A stretch of 62,929 nucleotides of DNA, filler included, from Octopus bimaculoides (GCF_001194135.2; 4 parts of 4 records of this genome joined end to end with filler, not necessarily neighbours in it), one strand, 5' to 3'; positions 37,520 through 50,107 are shown, counted from the whole stretch's first letter. The notes: generated by a model from the sequence alone, not told the origin. Translations and numbers: made by a program.

Positions 37520-38120
37520 AAGTTCCAGTTTGGTTTCGTGTTCAGTCTTACTGCATGGCACCTTGGGCAAATGTCTTCTGCTATAGCGCTGGGCCGACGA
37601 AAGCCTTGTGACTCTGGATTTGGTAGACAGAAAACGAAAGAAAGCCATACATACATACATACATACATATATATTTGACCGTTGACTGAACACTATTCAA
37701 TTTTTTTTTTCTCCGTGTTTTTCTCCTTGTCTCCGTATTCTTTCTGTTGAAGAGCGTAGCTCGAAACGTCAAAGACTTTCCGTATTCCCGAGCGTCATAC
37801 TAATATATACTTTTGTTATTTACACCACCTGTCCTCGTCTGTTGTTATTTTTTGTATATTCTCCCATATATATATATATATATATATATATAATGTGTGT
37901 GTGTATGTGCGTGTGTGTGTATCTGTGTCTGTTCCTTATCGTTTGTTAACCGATATTGGTTTGTTTATTTTTCGGTGACAAAGCTGGATAGATAGGATAA
38001 ATACCAGAACTTAAAAATGAAGCAACAAGAACGGTAAGTACTGGGATCGATTTATTCGACTAAAACCCAGCAAGGCGATGCTTCTGCATGGCCGCGTCCA
38101 ATGACTGAAACAATTAAACA
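37520..38120. mobile_element. SINE family A fragments (-, ~37520-37650; + 3' half, ~37915-38120) flanking a hammerhead-bearing repeat
   Basis: Family A motifs CCTTGGGCAAATGTCTTCT (reverse orientation), GATCGATTTATTCGACTAAA and GCATGGCCGCGTCCAATGACTGAAAC. Confidence 0.7.
37739..37775 (+). ncRNA. Minimal type I hammerhead-ribozyme-like motif (A6>U variant)
   Basis: TCTTT-CTGTTGA-A-GAGC(GTA)GCTC-GAAA-CG-TC-AAAGA: 5-bp stem I, 4-bp stem II, palindromic ACGT helix III, GUC site. Confidence 0.5.
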
Positions 38121-38918
38121 ATAAATGATGAAGAATGTATTTCAGACATCCAATCTAATGTACAATTTTAATTTAAACATGAAATTTGTAAACTTCATTT
38201 CTTAAACTGTTTTATTGGACAAACATGTACGACACTTTCTCGTCAGTTGACGATGCATTTACAAAAAAAAAAAAAAAGAAAAAGAAAAAAGCTTTTTATA
38301 ACAGACTATGACATAGAATGCGAACCAAAATTAGAATTCTACGTAGAAGTTAAACTACGGAAGTTTTGTTAATAATAAATGTAGAGCAAAAATCAACATA
38401 GTGCTACAGTACACTTAGAATAAGAAACAACTACAGAAACAACTAAGTGTTAACGCTTGAACAATTTTGGATTCGGAGACGATTTTATCAGTCTCATCAC
38501 TCCATGACACATTGCTGCCTTCTACAAAACGTTGCTACAATATGCCGTTGTCATTTAAATCAGGAGGTCATCAGACGTTAATGGACCTAAGAAAGTTGTT
38601 GCTTCAAATTAAATATAATTGACTAACAAGAGAACATGAAAAAATCTTTACTTAAAAAATATTAAACACGAACACAGTCGTGTTTAATATTGTGGCATTT
38701 TTCAAAGAAAAGCTGTATATGTATACATACGCACGTACATATACATACCCGCATATATAAAATTGATTTAAACCACTTTCATATGAGTAGGCTAATTAGT
38801 ATTAAAGATGAATGCACACTCACTCGCGAGCGCGCGCACACACACACACACACACACACATATATGCATATATATATATATATACATACACATATAATTC
38901 ATACACACATATATATAT

Positions 38919-38954
<36 letters not shown>

Positions 38955-39131
38955 NNNNNNNNNNNNNNNNNNNNNNNNNNNNNNNNNNNNNNNNNNNNNN
39001 NNNNNNNNNNNNNNNNNNNNNNNNNNNNNNNNNNNNNNNNNNNNNNNNNNNNNNNNNNNNNNNNNNNNNNNNNNNNNNNNNNAACCTCACTTCCATATGA
39101 GTAGACTGGTAACTCTGGTAAGTCTCAAGTG

Positions 39132-42100
39132 TATTTTTTTCTTTTAGTTTCAGTCAAAAGACTGAGGCCATGCTGGGGCACTGCCGTTTACTTTGCTACA
39201 GATTCACTAAACCTCATCTGATATGTGACATTTGGTGGATAGAGGAGTTTGACGTTGTTGTCCCCATCTGTGTTTCTTGCCTAGAAGTAGGTTCATCCGG
39301 AACTCTTGACAGAAGAAAATCTAATTTTGTTTTGAGAAAGCCTACGTCTACGCCATGGAGGTCTCTCAGGTTTTGTGGGTGGATATTGAAGAACTGCTTG
39401 CCTTTGAAGCCCAAGCTGTTGCAGTATCTGGTCCTGTATCCTGATGGCAATGTTGGGGCCTTTGGTACCATGCAGTAGCGCCCTGTCCTGCTGTTTGTGT
39501 AAGTGACAGTGCCAAAGTTTGGAACAAGCTTCTCTAGGATTTTCCAGGTGTATATTATTGTATATCTTTTCTACCTTTGCTCCAAGGAATAAAGTCTTAA
39601 CTCTTTCAGTCTCTCCCAGTAGCTGATATGTCGCATTGTATCGATCTTCTTTGTATTGCTTCGCTGGATCGCCCCGAGTTCCGTTGTTAATTTGACACTA
39701 GTGACCACAGTTGGGAGCAGTAATCCAGACGGTTGAGAACGAAAGTCCTCCAGAGGACCGTCATGGTTTCCTTTTCTCTTGTTTTGAAAGTTCGAAGGAT
39801 CCATCCGGCTAGATATTTGTATTTTATTGCTAACTTATGCATCATTACTCATGTCGATGCATCATTACTCATGTCGATGCCTAGGTTACGCACTGAATTT
39901 GATTCAGGTATTGGAATCCTTCCTTGGGCCAGTGTTTTCTATGTGCATTTCATTGAACTTCCTGGAATTTTCCAGCATTAAACTGCATGTTATTTTCCTC
40001 AGCCCACCTTTATATTGCGTCCAACTCACGTCTCCAGGGTTCTGTATCATTTGAAAGACTTTTGTATCGTCTTCATAGCTAGCAAGGGTAGCTACTTGAG
40101 CAGCTGAGGGCATGTCAGAGAGTGCCACTATGAATAACAATGGACAGTGCCCTGTGGAGCAACACTCATTATTTGTGTTTTCTTGGAGGTGGCCCTATTG
40201 ACCATCACCACCTGACTTCTATCTTTAAGAATGTCATGTAGCCATTCTCCAAGTTTTCCAAATATGCCAAGATTTCGGAGCTTGTGACAAATCATACCAT
40301 AGTCTACTTTGTCAAAAGCTTTTGCAAAGTCGAGGTATATCACGTCCCCATTTGAGTTGTTGAGCAGCAGCTTTAGCATCAAGTCGTAATGGTGCAAGAG
40401 CTGTGTCAGGCAGCTTCTACCTGGTCGAAAACCATGCTTGGTGTCAGTCAGTAAGTCATTCTCTTCAAGGAATGCAATTGATTTCCCTCGGACTCTTCCA
40501 ATACTTTGCTGATGTATGACATCAGAAATAGGCCTATAGTTTTTAGCAGCTGCTCTGCTTCCTCCTTTATGGATAGGACATATTATTCCCTCCTTTAGTT
40601 TGTCCGGGAGCTTACCATTTGCAAGGAAGCTCTGAAAAAGTAGCTGTAATGGTTTTGCAGGGAGTCGTTTGCATGACTTGAGGAGGATAGCTGAGAATTC
40701 AACAAGACCAGCAATTGAGTTTGCATCTATATCATCTGCTGCTACCATTACACCCTTTTCTTCGATGTTGATGTAATCGATTTTTACTGCCTCTCGTTCA
40801 GCTTCTGTAGTGGTAAAGAATTCTACAGGTTTGCTAACTTGCATGTGCCGTCAGGATGGAGTGAAAACACTTTGGAACAGTTCATTCAGTGTTTCACTTA
40901 CCCTCGTTGGGTTTCCCGTGAGGGAGCCGTCTTTTTGGAGGATTTGCCCTACTCTGCAATGCACAGAGGCAGTCTCCTTGGCGTACCCAAAGAAGGCTTT
41001 AGAGTCCGATATTATATTTCTTATGACCCAGGCTTCTCTGTCTGATCTTTCCTTCTCATGGGAGTGCTTCAGTTGTTTCTCAATCTCCAACAGTGCTGTT
41101 TCCAGGCGAGGTTTCTCACTGCCGTTGAATTCTCTGTTGAGGTGGTTTGCAATCTTTGTACGCCGTCTCATAAGAACTTTCCTCTCCCTGAGAATCTTGT
41201 TTTTATGTGCACTGACCCATCTCTCTGGGACAAAATTGTTGCATATGGCTTGCATTACGGGCATGAAAGTTTTCAATTTCATGTCTATGTCAGGTGTAGA
41301 GAGACATTTGGACCAGCCCCGTTCGGTGATCTCTTTCCAGTCTGCTTTGTGGTAGTTCAGATTGGATAGGTTTTGGGTGCTTCTCATAGGCTGCATGTCT
41401 GTGGGTTTCTTTGGTCCATACATGGTCAGCTTTTTTATGCTGTGATCCGAGATTAGCGTCGGTATCACTATCACATTATGGATGAGATCCACATTGTGAA
41501 GCAGAGATCAAGTATATTGTTTACCCTGGTTGGTTAGAGTATTATTTGCTCCATATACAAATTGTTGGTGAGGTTGAGTAGAGATTCTATCTGACATTAT
41601 TCACATCGCATCATTCCTGAGAGGAAAATGCCTTTGGGATATTTCACATTGGGCAGGTTGAAGTCTGCCATGAGAAGTACACTGAAGTGCTTTTCTATTT
41701 TGGTTAAAACCTCATCTATTCTTGCAAGGCAGTCTTCAAATAGGCCCATGTGATCGGGGAGTATCTGCTGGGCGATATGTAGTACATATAGCTACGTCGA
41801 GTTGTCTTATATGTACAATTAGTGTATCGCACACTGAATTTGAGTGTGACAAAAGGATCCAGGGCGTGAGATCTTCACAGATGTACATTGCAACTCCACC
41901 ATGGCCCTGTCTTTTCTATCGCTTCGCAATACCATGTACTCTGGTATATGTATTTCTGCATCTGCGATGTCGAGTTTCAGTGAGTGCTGTGCACAAGGAT
42001 TGATTGCATGTCACTAGGTCTCCCAGGAAGGTAATTTTAGTTCTGTTATTGAGTTGTAACAGTCCTCTTACATGTAGAAGTATATTTGTGTGACCTCTGT

Positions 42101-42550
42101 GCTGATGCCAGTGGTGACCACCCTGGATCCATTGGTTGTGGAAGTCTTGCGTGTTGGTGGGGATGGCTGCAAATCAGGATTTGATGAAGCCAAGTTAATT
42201 GTTACACAATTTTTTGAGCTATACATAAAAAAGATTGTTGCTCAGCTGCAACCGTTATGACGGCTTCTGGGTAGGGTTGGTGTTTAGAAGTAGTGCACAC
42301 TACATCGGCATATTTTAGCTTTGATGCAGGTGATGCACGATTTTTTCCTCTTTGGAGTCTTCCTGCGTCTTTTGGAGAAAGTCTTTTGCTTTTGGCCTGC
42401 CTGAAGTATGGTTTTGGATGCAGGAAGAGGCAATTTGTACAATCATATCCATGCCACTACACAGGAAGGATTTTCACACTTGTGTCCACTTCCTAACTGT
42501 TTGTGGCTTTGCATATTGACTGTCTGACTTTTGCGTTTTACTTGGGGGCT
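39132..42550 (-). mobile_element. CR1-like LINE, 5'-truncated and frameshifted (end of ORF1 plus ORF2 EN-RT)
   Basis: EN motifs (ADFNLPNV, GNILDLCF, SDH); RT motifs (KNYRPIS, HGFRPGRSCLTQLL, YLDFAKAFDKV, PQGT, YEDDTK); C-terminal YWERLKELRLYSLEQR; Cys/His remnant DCTNCLFLHP near 42420; intact 3' tail at 39132-39187. Confidence 0.93.
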
Positions 42551-42763
42551 ATATATATATANNNNNNNNNNTGTGTGTGTATATATAAAGATATACATAC
42601 ACCAATATATGTGTATATATGCATATATATACATTTATACATATATGTACACAGGCACATAATGTGTGTATATATATATATGTGTGTGCGTACATGTACA
42701 TGCAAACGTGCGTACAATACCATTTAACTGGTTACTCTTTAGAATAAATAATATATACTCATA

Positions 42764-42928
42764 GGCGTAGGAGTGGCTGTGTGGTAAGTAACTTGCATAC
42801 CAACCACATGGTTCCGGGTTCAGTCCCACTGCGTGGCACCTTGGGCAAGTGTCTTCTACTATAGCCTCGAGCCGACCAAAGCCTTGTGAGTGGATTTGGT
42901 AGACGGAAACTGAAAGAAGCCCGTCGTA

Positions 42929-42969
<41 letters not shown>

Positions 42970-43071
42970 GTTTGTGTGTCTGTGTTTGTCCCCCCAACAT
43001 CGCTTGACAACCGATGCTGGTGTGTTTACGTCCCCGTAACTTAGCGGTTCGGCAAAAGAGACCGATAGAAT
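42764..43071 (+). mobile_element. SINE family A, young CpG-rich copy, truncated by gap
   Basis: GGCGTAGGAGTGGCTGTGTGGTAAG...GGGTTCAGTCCCACTGCGTGGCACCTTGGGCAAGTGTCTTC, internal (TA)n, then 3' half. Confidence 0.92.
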
Positions 43072-43171
43072 NNNNNNNNNNNNNNNNNNNNNNNNNNNNN
43101 NNNNNNNNNNNNNNNTTAATTAATTAANNNNNNNNNNNNNNNNNNNNNNNNNNNNNNNNNNNNNNNNNNNN

Positions 43172-43218
<47 letters not shown>

Positions 43219-43788
43219 AATGTTTTAAATTTTTACATTTAAGAGAGAGATTTGACGCTAATATCCATATTAATGTAATTTATTCCTATTTATATATGTA
43301 TATATATCTCTGTGTGTGTATCTTACATAGACGCGTGCATATACCTTCGTAACTATATATATACGTTTTACAAATATAGATCGGGCTACATACATACTTA
43401 CATACATACACACACATACATAGATTTATACATAGATATACGCACGCACACATACACACGCACGCACATACACACACTTTTGTTTTCGTTTTAATATGTG
43501 TTAATGTGTCTTAAAGTGTACGATGTTCTCTTCTATTTTTGATTATTTGAAATCTTCTTTTCAGGAAGGAGCTGGCTTCTAACAAAGATACCCCCCCCCC
43601 TCCATCATTGACACGTGGATAACAGAAACAAATTCACATTTTAAACATCGAGAAAAGTATTACATATTTTAACTGTTCTGCTTACAGATTGTATCTGTAA
43701 TGGCGGCTGATTTCTTTTTCCTAAAATCCCAGCTTATCCAAATTGTCGCTTAGGCATTTTACCCACATAACCAAGTGCACCAATTACT

Positions 43789-43900
43789 ATTGGTATAAAT
43801 ATGATCTATTATTGGTAGAAATGGGAATTTATAATATTGATATGATTGGTATAAATATGATCTATTATTGGTAGAAATGGGAATTTATAATATTGGTATA
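43789..43900. repeat. 56-bp tandem duplication
   Basis: ATTGGTATAAATATGATCTATTATTGGTAGAAATGGGAATTTATAATATTG occurs at 43789 and 43845. Confidence 0.9.
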
Positions 43901-44407
43901 GAAGCCGGAAGTCTCGAAGTAGTTGTTCGTAGTTTTCTGCTTTTTTCTTTGATTTTGGAAAAAATATTCACACCAGCCGGATGCGAAATTTTTTGCCCAC
44001 GAGAGTTATGGGACCTAGTTATGAATTCATTTGCATACAGCCAATCAGAGCTCAACTATCAAAATAATTTATGAGCGCATAACAAGTGATGGGCGATAAG
44101 ATAAGATCACTTGGGTAAGGAATGACCATGCTTCTTTTCTCTTTTAATAATGCTTGTTGATCTTGTTCTTGTCTCAACCATGGTTGCCTCTGCGTAGTTA
44201 TTTGTGTTGTTGTTTACTTTCTAAAACAGTAAAGGGAGACGGTTGCTAGCACATCACCCTCTACCCACATTTTTCCCATCCACATATTTACCATATGGGG
44301 CCCTAACAAAATCCCATAATAGGTATAGATGCAAATCTATCTAATTAGTAGTCTCCTAAAATCAGGCTTAACTTGGCGATCGACTATTCCCCTTCCCCCA
44401 AAACACC

Positions 44408-44440
<33 letters not shown>

Positions 44441-44454
44441 TGTGGGGGCGGGAG

Positions 44455-44735
44455 TAGAGGTTTGTGCATGTGTGTGTGTGTGTGTGTATTTGTGTCTGGG
44501 CTTGCCTCCCTGCCATTGCTTGACAACCGGCGTTGCTTTCTTTACATCCCTGTAATAAATCGGTTCGGTACCNNNNNNNNNNCACACACACACACACGCA
44601 CCAAAAATCACACACACGCATCATAGAATAAGTGCCATAATTAAATAAAAAAAGTCCCGTTGTTGATTTCTTCGTCTTAACCGTTCAAGACGCTGCTCCA
44701 GCATGGCCGCAGTCCAACGACTGAAACAAGTCATT
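44455..44735 (+). mobile_element. SINE family A 3' half
   Basis: GCTTGACAACCGGCG..., tail GCTCCAGCATGGCCGCAGTCCAACGACTGAAACAAG. Confidence 0.7.
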
Positions 44736-46117
44736 GAAAGAATATACAAAGTTTATATGATTATGTTTATATATTTTAGGCATTCATAAACACATCCGAA
44801 TCTGGGTACGGCTGTTCGCTATTCATATAAATATCATTGCCATTATAGTTATTTTTATTTTGGTTTGCAATTACTATGAAGACTGACACCAGGAGTGCTC
44901 AAACTACTATATGTTACTTCATTATTATCATTGTCATTAAAGGTCATAAAGGAGTAATAATCACTAAATTGACATCCTAATTAACAACCATTCTTAATGG
45001 ACTTGAAAACCGCAAAATCACCTGTGACGCAGCACGTACCGTAAATCACTCGGTTTGTAGGCCACGCCCGAAAAACTAAAGAGCAAAAGCGGTGTTCACA
45101 GTGTTAATTAATTACTTCATAATTTTCATTGACATTCACTTCGTCACACTTACATAAATATCAGGAAAGAACACACNNNNNNNNNNNNNNNNNNNNNNNN
45201 NNNNNNNNNNNNNNNNNNNNNNNNNNNNNNNNNNNNNNNNNNNNNNNNNNNNNNNNNNNNNNNNNNNNNNNNNNNNNNNNNNNNNNNNNNNNNNNNNNNN
45301 NNNNNNNNNNNNNNNNNNNNNNNNNNNNNNNNNNNNNNNNNNNNNNNNNNNNNNNNNNNNNNNNNNNNNNNNNNNNNNNNNNNNNNNNNNNNNNNNNNNN
45401 NNNNNNNNNNNNNNNNNNNNNNNNNNNNNNNNNNNNNNNNNNNNNNNNNNNNNNNNNNNNNNNNNNNNNNNNNNNNNNNNNNNNNNNNNNNNNNNNNNNN
45501 NNNNNNNNNNNNNNNNNNNNNNNNNNNNNNNNNNNNNNNNNNNNNNNNNNNNNNNNNNNNNNNNNNNNNNNNNNNNNNNNNNNNNNNNNNNNNNNNNNNN
45601 NNNNNNNNNNNNNNNNNNNNNNNNNNNNNNNNNNNNNNNNNNNNNNNNNNNNNNNNNNNNNNNNNNNNNNNNNNNNNNNNNNNNNNNNNNNNNNNNNNNN
45701 NNNNNNNNNNNNNNNNNNNNNNNNNNNNNNNNNNNNNNNNNNNNNNNNNNNNNNNNNNNNNNNNNNNNNNNNNNNNNNNNNNNNNNNNNNNNNNNNNNNN
45801 NNNNNNNNNNNNNNNNNNNNNNNNNNNNNNNNNNNNNNNNNNNNNNNNNNNNNNNNNNNNNNNNNNNNNNNNNNNNNNNNNNNNNNNNNNNNNNNNNNNN
45901 NNNNNNNNNNNNNNNNNNNNNNNNNNNNNNNNNNNNNNNNNNNNNNNNNNNNNNNNNNNNNNNNNNNNNNNNNNNNNNNNNNNNNNNNNNNNNNNNNNNN
46001 NNNNNNNNNNNNNNNNNNNNNNNNNNNNNNNNNNNNNNNNNNNNNNNNNNNNNNNNNNNNNNNNNNNNNNNNNNNNNNNNNNNNNNNNNNNNNNNNNNNN
46101 NNNNNNNNNNNNNNNNN

Positions 46118-46188
46118 ATTAAGTCTTTAGGATCTCGTTAGCTTTCGTCTAACAAAGACGAAAGCTAACGAGATCCTAAAGACTTAAT
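46118..46188. repeat. Perfect 33-bp inverted repeat with 5-nt loop (hairpin/cruciform)
   Basis: 46118-46150 is the exact reverse complement of 46156-46188; loop AACAA; starts at a gap edge. Confidence 0.95.
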
Positions 46189-46230
46189 AATAGTTATGTA
46201 TGTGTTTTTTCGTGTTTTGTTCGAAAGGTA

Positions 46231-46316
46231 ACCACTCCTGAAGAAGTGCCAAATGTCTAAATCTAATGGACCAGTCACTGGATAAGTTTGGCACAGAAAT
46301 GTTAACATAGAGTGGT
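46231..46316 (+). ncRNA. Type I hammerhead ribozyme candidate
   Basis: Stem I ACCACTC/GAGTGGT (7 bp); CTGAAGA (46238-46244); stem II GTGCCAAA/TTTGGCAC (8 bp); GAAA (46296-46299); palindromic helix III ATGTTAACAT; predicted cleavage after A46309. Extra A on each side of stem II. Confidence 0.65.
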
Positions 46317-46529
46317 GAATAAATCGATATATCGAATTTGAAGTCTCTGTCTCTTTTGAATATGAAAATTTAAAAGTTTTAAAACCTTATAATATAAATA
46401 TAAACTGTGAGAACGACCCTTAAGGAATCTAGTTAATGATCTCCTAAGGTAAGTTCTTATGCTATATTGGTAACGGTTGCTACATCCTCCGGAAAAAAAA
46501 AATATATATATATACATATATATATATAT

Positions 46530-46635
46530 ATTCACAAGGCTTTAGCAGGAGATATTTGCCCAAGGTGTCAGGCAGTGGCACTGAACCCACACCCATGTGG
46601 TTGGGAAGCAAGCTTCTTACCACACAGCCACGCCT
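46530..46635 (-). mobile_element. SINE family A 5' fragment
   Basis: TTTGCCCAAGGTGTCAGGCAGTGG.ACTGAACCC...CTTACCACACAGCCAC. Confidence 0.8.
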
Positions 46636-46640
46636 ACATA

Positions 46641-46676
<36 letters not shown>

Positions 46677-47283
46677 TTATATAATACTCCGGATTACATA
46701 ATCTACTGCACCCTCGTATGCAAAGCTGTGGCATTGTGCCTATGTTAGATTAAATTTGTTGAAAGATGGGCAGAAATTTGATGACTACTACTGCTGTAGC
46801 TGCCCCCACAGGACCACTGTATCGCTGTTCCAACCACAGCCACATCTTGCACAGAGGCAGAGAATGATTGCCTCATCCTCAGCAACATCAATTCAAGTAG
46901 CCGACGGGGTAGGTCACCAAGCTATCGAAATTCTTGGGTTTAATGAGGTCTCATTAGACATAAGTAAAATTATATAAAAAAAAAACGTGTTCCTTGTTAC
47001 GACAGAAATTTTTCTTCTGGCGACACTGCATCTGTCCAATGTAATGGACGTGTGAATAGATTCATTAAAATAGATTCAATAAACCTTTTGAATTCAAGGA
47101 ATCGATGATTTTCTTCCTTTCAAATGAAGGGGGTAACGTTGGCAGGGGAAGTTTCAATACACGACCATGCAGGGGTGTGAGAAATTACAAAGAAAATGGG
47201 GAAAACGTTGAGGAAGTAATTAAGAATTGAAGTGACAAAACAAAAATGAGTCCACGTTAAAGACAAATAAGATAATGGAAGTT

Positions 47284-47482
47284 CAATTAAACCTTGGGAG
47301 AGGCATTATGCCGGTAATAAACACACGCACTGGTTCAGTCCTTTATTAATTTATATAGTTTTTTGTTAAATTATTTCATTGCACTCTTGCAATCTCTTCA
47401 GTAACTTGTCTCTCCACTTCCATTTATTTTGAATATATCGTGTGTTTATTACCGGCATAATGCCTCTCCCAAGGTTTAATTG
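47284..47482. mobile_element. MITE-like element with perfect 44-bp inverted repeats, unclassified
   Basis: CAATTAAACCTTGGGAGAGGCATTATGCCGGTAATAAACACACG (47284-47327) is exactly inverted at 47439-47482. Confidence 0.6.
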
Positions 47483-50107
47483 TATTTCTTTCAACACACG
47501 TATCCACATCAAGAATCTTGCACACGAAATACACATACGAAATAATGGAAGTTGTTTACGAAGGTGCGCCAATACTCCTGAAGTGTATGCAGTTCTCGTC
47601 TGTCTGAAAGAAGAGTTAGTGAAATATGGATCCGGTAAAAAAACTGAAATAAAAATACTGTGCTGGTTGATGAAGATATTTCAGGACAAATACCAAGAAC
47701 CACAAAACGGTTTGGTGGAAACAGTTTGGGGAAAAAAAATCAACCAAAATATCTAGAACTAAGAGACCGTTTTTTCGAAGATGTGGGACTTTTCACGGTT
47801 TGACCAGAGTTACTGATGTTCTCATTTGAATTCGTACGACCCAGATTTCGGTGAGACGACAAAGATTTCCTAAAACTGAAGATGAATGGAATCATGGTCA
47901 CGGGTCCTCTGATTCAGTTTGGGTGGTGGCTTCTTACATTGTTAGGGGTGGATTATATTCATATTACAATGTTCATATTACAAAGTTTCTAACCTACTTT
48001 AATACATAGAATTACATTTTTGCTCCCACCTTTCCGTTTACAATACCCCCTCCACACACATACACACACACATATGCATGTATGCATGCATGTACGTCTT
48101 CATATTTTGTAGCTTTTCTTTGACATATTTTGCATTACAAACTTAGGTCGTTGCGGCTAATAATGAAATAATAATTTTTATATCATTATTATTCCGTGCA
48201 AAAACTCTATTCCACCTCAGATTCGCTCAAAGCATAAATACCATGTTGGCAGCTGACGCATCTGACTCAGTTAAGCATGTAGGTTTTGTAATTAATGTTA
48301 AAGGTTACGTAGAATATTCATTGGATGATATGGTTGCGAATACACACAAAGACACACACACGAATACATACATACACAAGCGCACATTTGCATGTAGGTA
48401 TCCTTGTATGTGTGATATATGCATGTGTTATATATATGTGTGTGTGTGTATGCATGTATGTATGTATATATCTATGTATATGAGTGTATGTGTATATACA
48501 TGGTGTGTACGTGCATGTATGAGTGTATGGTGGGGGTTATGAACACGTATATTAGGGTAAACATGAATGTCACAGCTACAGACGGGAGTTACGCGCGCTC
48601 GCGCGCGCCCAGGGGTTCCGTAATGTATCGGGAGATGGAACATAAAAGACACACTCAGACACACCAGTACAAAAGTCTGGCTGGTGTCCAGGTAGGTGAA
48701 CGCAATTGCTGATGACGCTCATTGAAGTAGAAACACGTACTCCAAGTATTTCAGACTTTCTTTTCATTAACAGCATATTAATTGCAGGGTATTGTTGATG
48801 CCTTGTTATTATCTCCCCTTCTCATTCAGAGTCGGTTGCAATTGCCGCTAGAAAGAGGTTTGTCTACTTTCTCTCAAAGCGAAGATAATTTCTATAAATC
48901 AAAGTTTTATCGTTTATGGTATGTTGTATAACTTTCTTTATCATTGTTATCCAAATTCAAATTACTGGTCACTCTCAGTTACATCTCTTGGCTCGTTTCT
49001 GTTTTCCTCTTTCTCACTCATCCCATATATATATATAATCAGCATGGCCACAGCTCATGAGCTGAAACTAGATAAAATGAAAATGAAAATGAAAATGAAA
49101 ATTCTTATTTGTGAACAAAATAACTACGTGGCGTTCCATTAAATAATAAGTTAAAAAATATATAATAAATGTACAAACAGGAAATAGACACAAAAGGTTA
49201 CCAAATCCTCATTAGTTATCGGCCAGAGGATCTGTATGCATATATATGTGTGTATATATATATGTGTGTGTGTAGAGAGAGAGAGAGATTGATATATATA
49301 CATACACATATATGTGGACATTACATATATATTATAAATATATGTATATATGCATATACATATATGTATATACATATGAGTATATATATANNNNNNNNNN
49401 NNNNNNNNNNNNNNNNNNNNNNNNNNNNNNNNNNTTAATTAATTAANNNNNNNNNNNNNNNNNNNNNNNNNNNNNNNNNNNNNNNNNNNNTAAAACATGA
49501 AAAAGGCAAAACTTACGGAGCCGACACGTCTACCGTCCGTCCATAGAGATAGATAGATAGATAGATAGACAGATAGATAGATAGAGTGAATGAATGAATG
49601 AGTGAGTGAGTGAGTGAGTGAGTGCGTGAGTGAGAGAGGGAGTGCGAGAGAAAGAGAGACTGAGAGATTATGATGATGGTGGGGGGGTACTGGTGGGGGT
49701 AGTGGTGGGGGTAGAGGGTTGTGGTGGTGATTTTGGTTGTGGCGGTGTTGATTATGACGGTGAATTTATTCGTAGATTCCAATAAAGATCTTTCTTAATA
49801 ACTTTCAAAATCCCAGGTTATTCACAAAAAAAAAAGGAAAAATTGATCAAAATGATTGGAGAGAAAGGATAGACACTACGTATTGCTATCTAAGTTAAGT
49901 AATGTAACCAGCCAAGAACGAGCTTATTCTGATATTTAATATTTCCTCATAAAGATGAAGGTAATGCTCTACATCCAAACATGAATTTTACAGCTAGCTG
50001 CCATTTTAAGCCCCAAACAAATGTAAGGCAGTATGAGGAAAGCCAATGCTTATGCCGATACTTCAGTTCTAGGTATATTATCAGCATATTATTTTACTTT
50101 TAATAAG

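Noticed and set aside
43900-44230. Possible Penelope C-terminal remnant on the minus strand
   Set aside because: Only vague similarity (VIPYP, GKKFR); too weak to report.
47560-47800. Possible RTE, piggyBac or Merlin peptide remnants
   Set aside because: Three different families fit equally weakly; no call can be supported without a search.
48708-48750. CTGATGA...GAAA motif
   Set aside because: No pairing for stem I or stem II.
24960-49446. Recurrent TTAATTAATTAA as a biological motif
   Set aside because: Always embedded between N runs of similar length, so it is a scaffolding linker.
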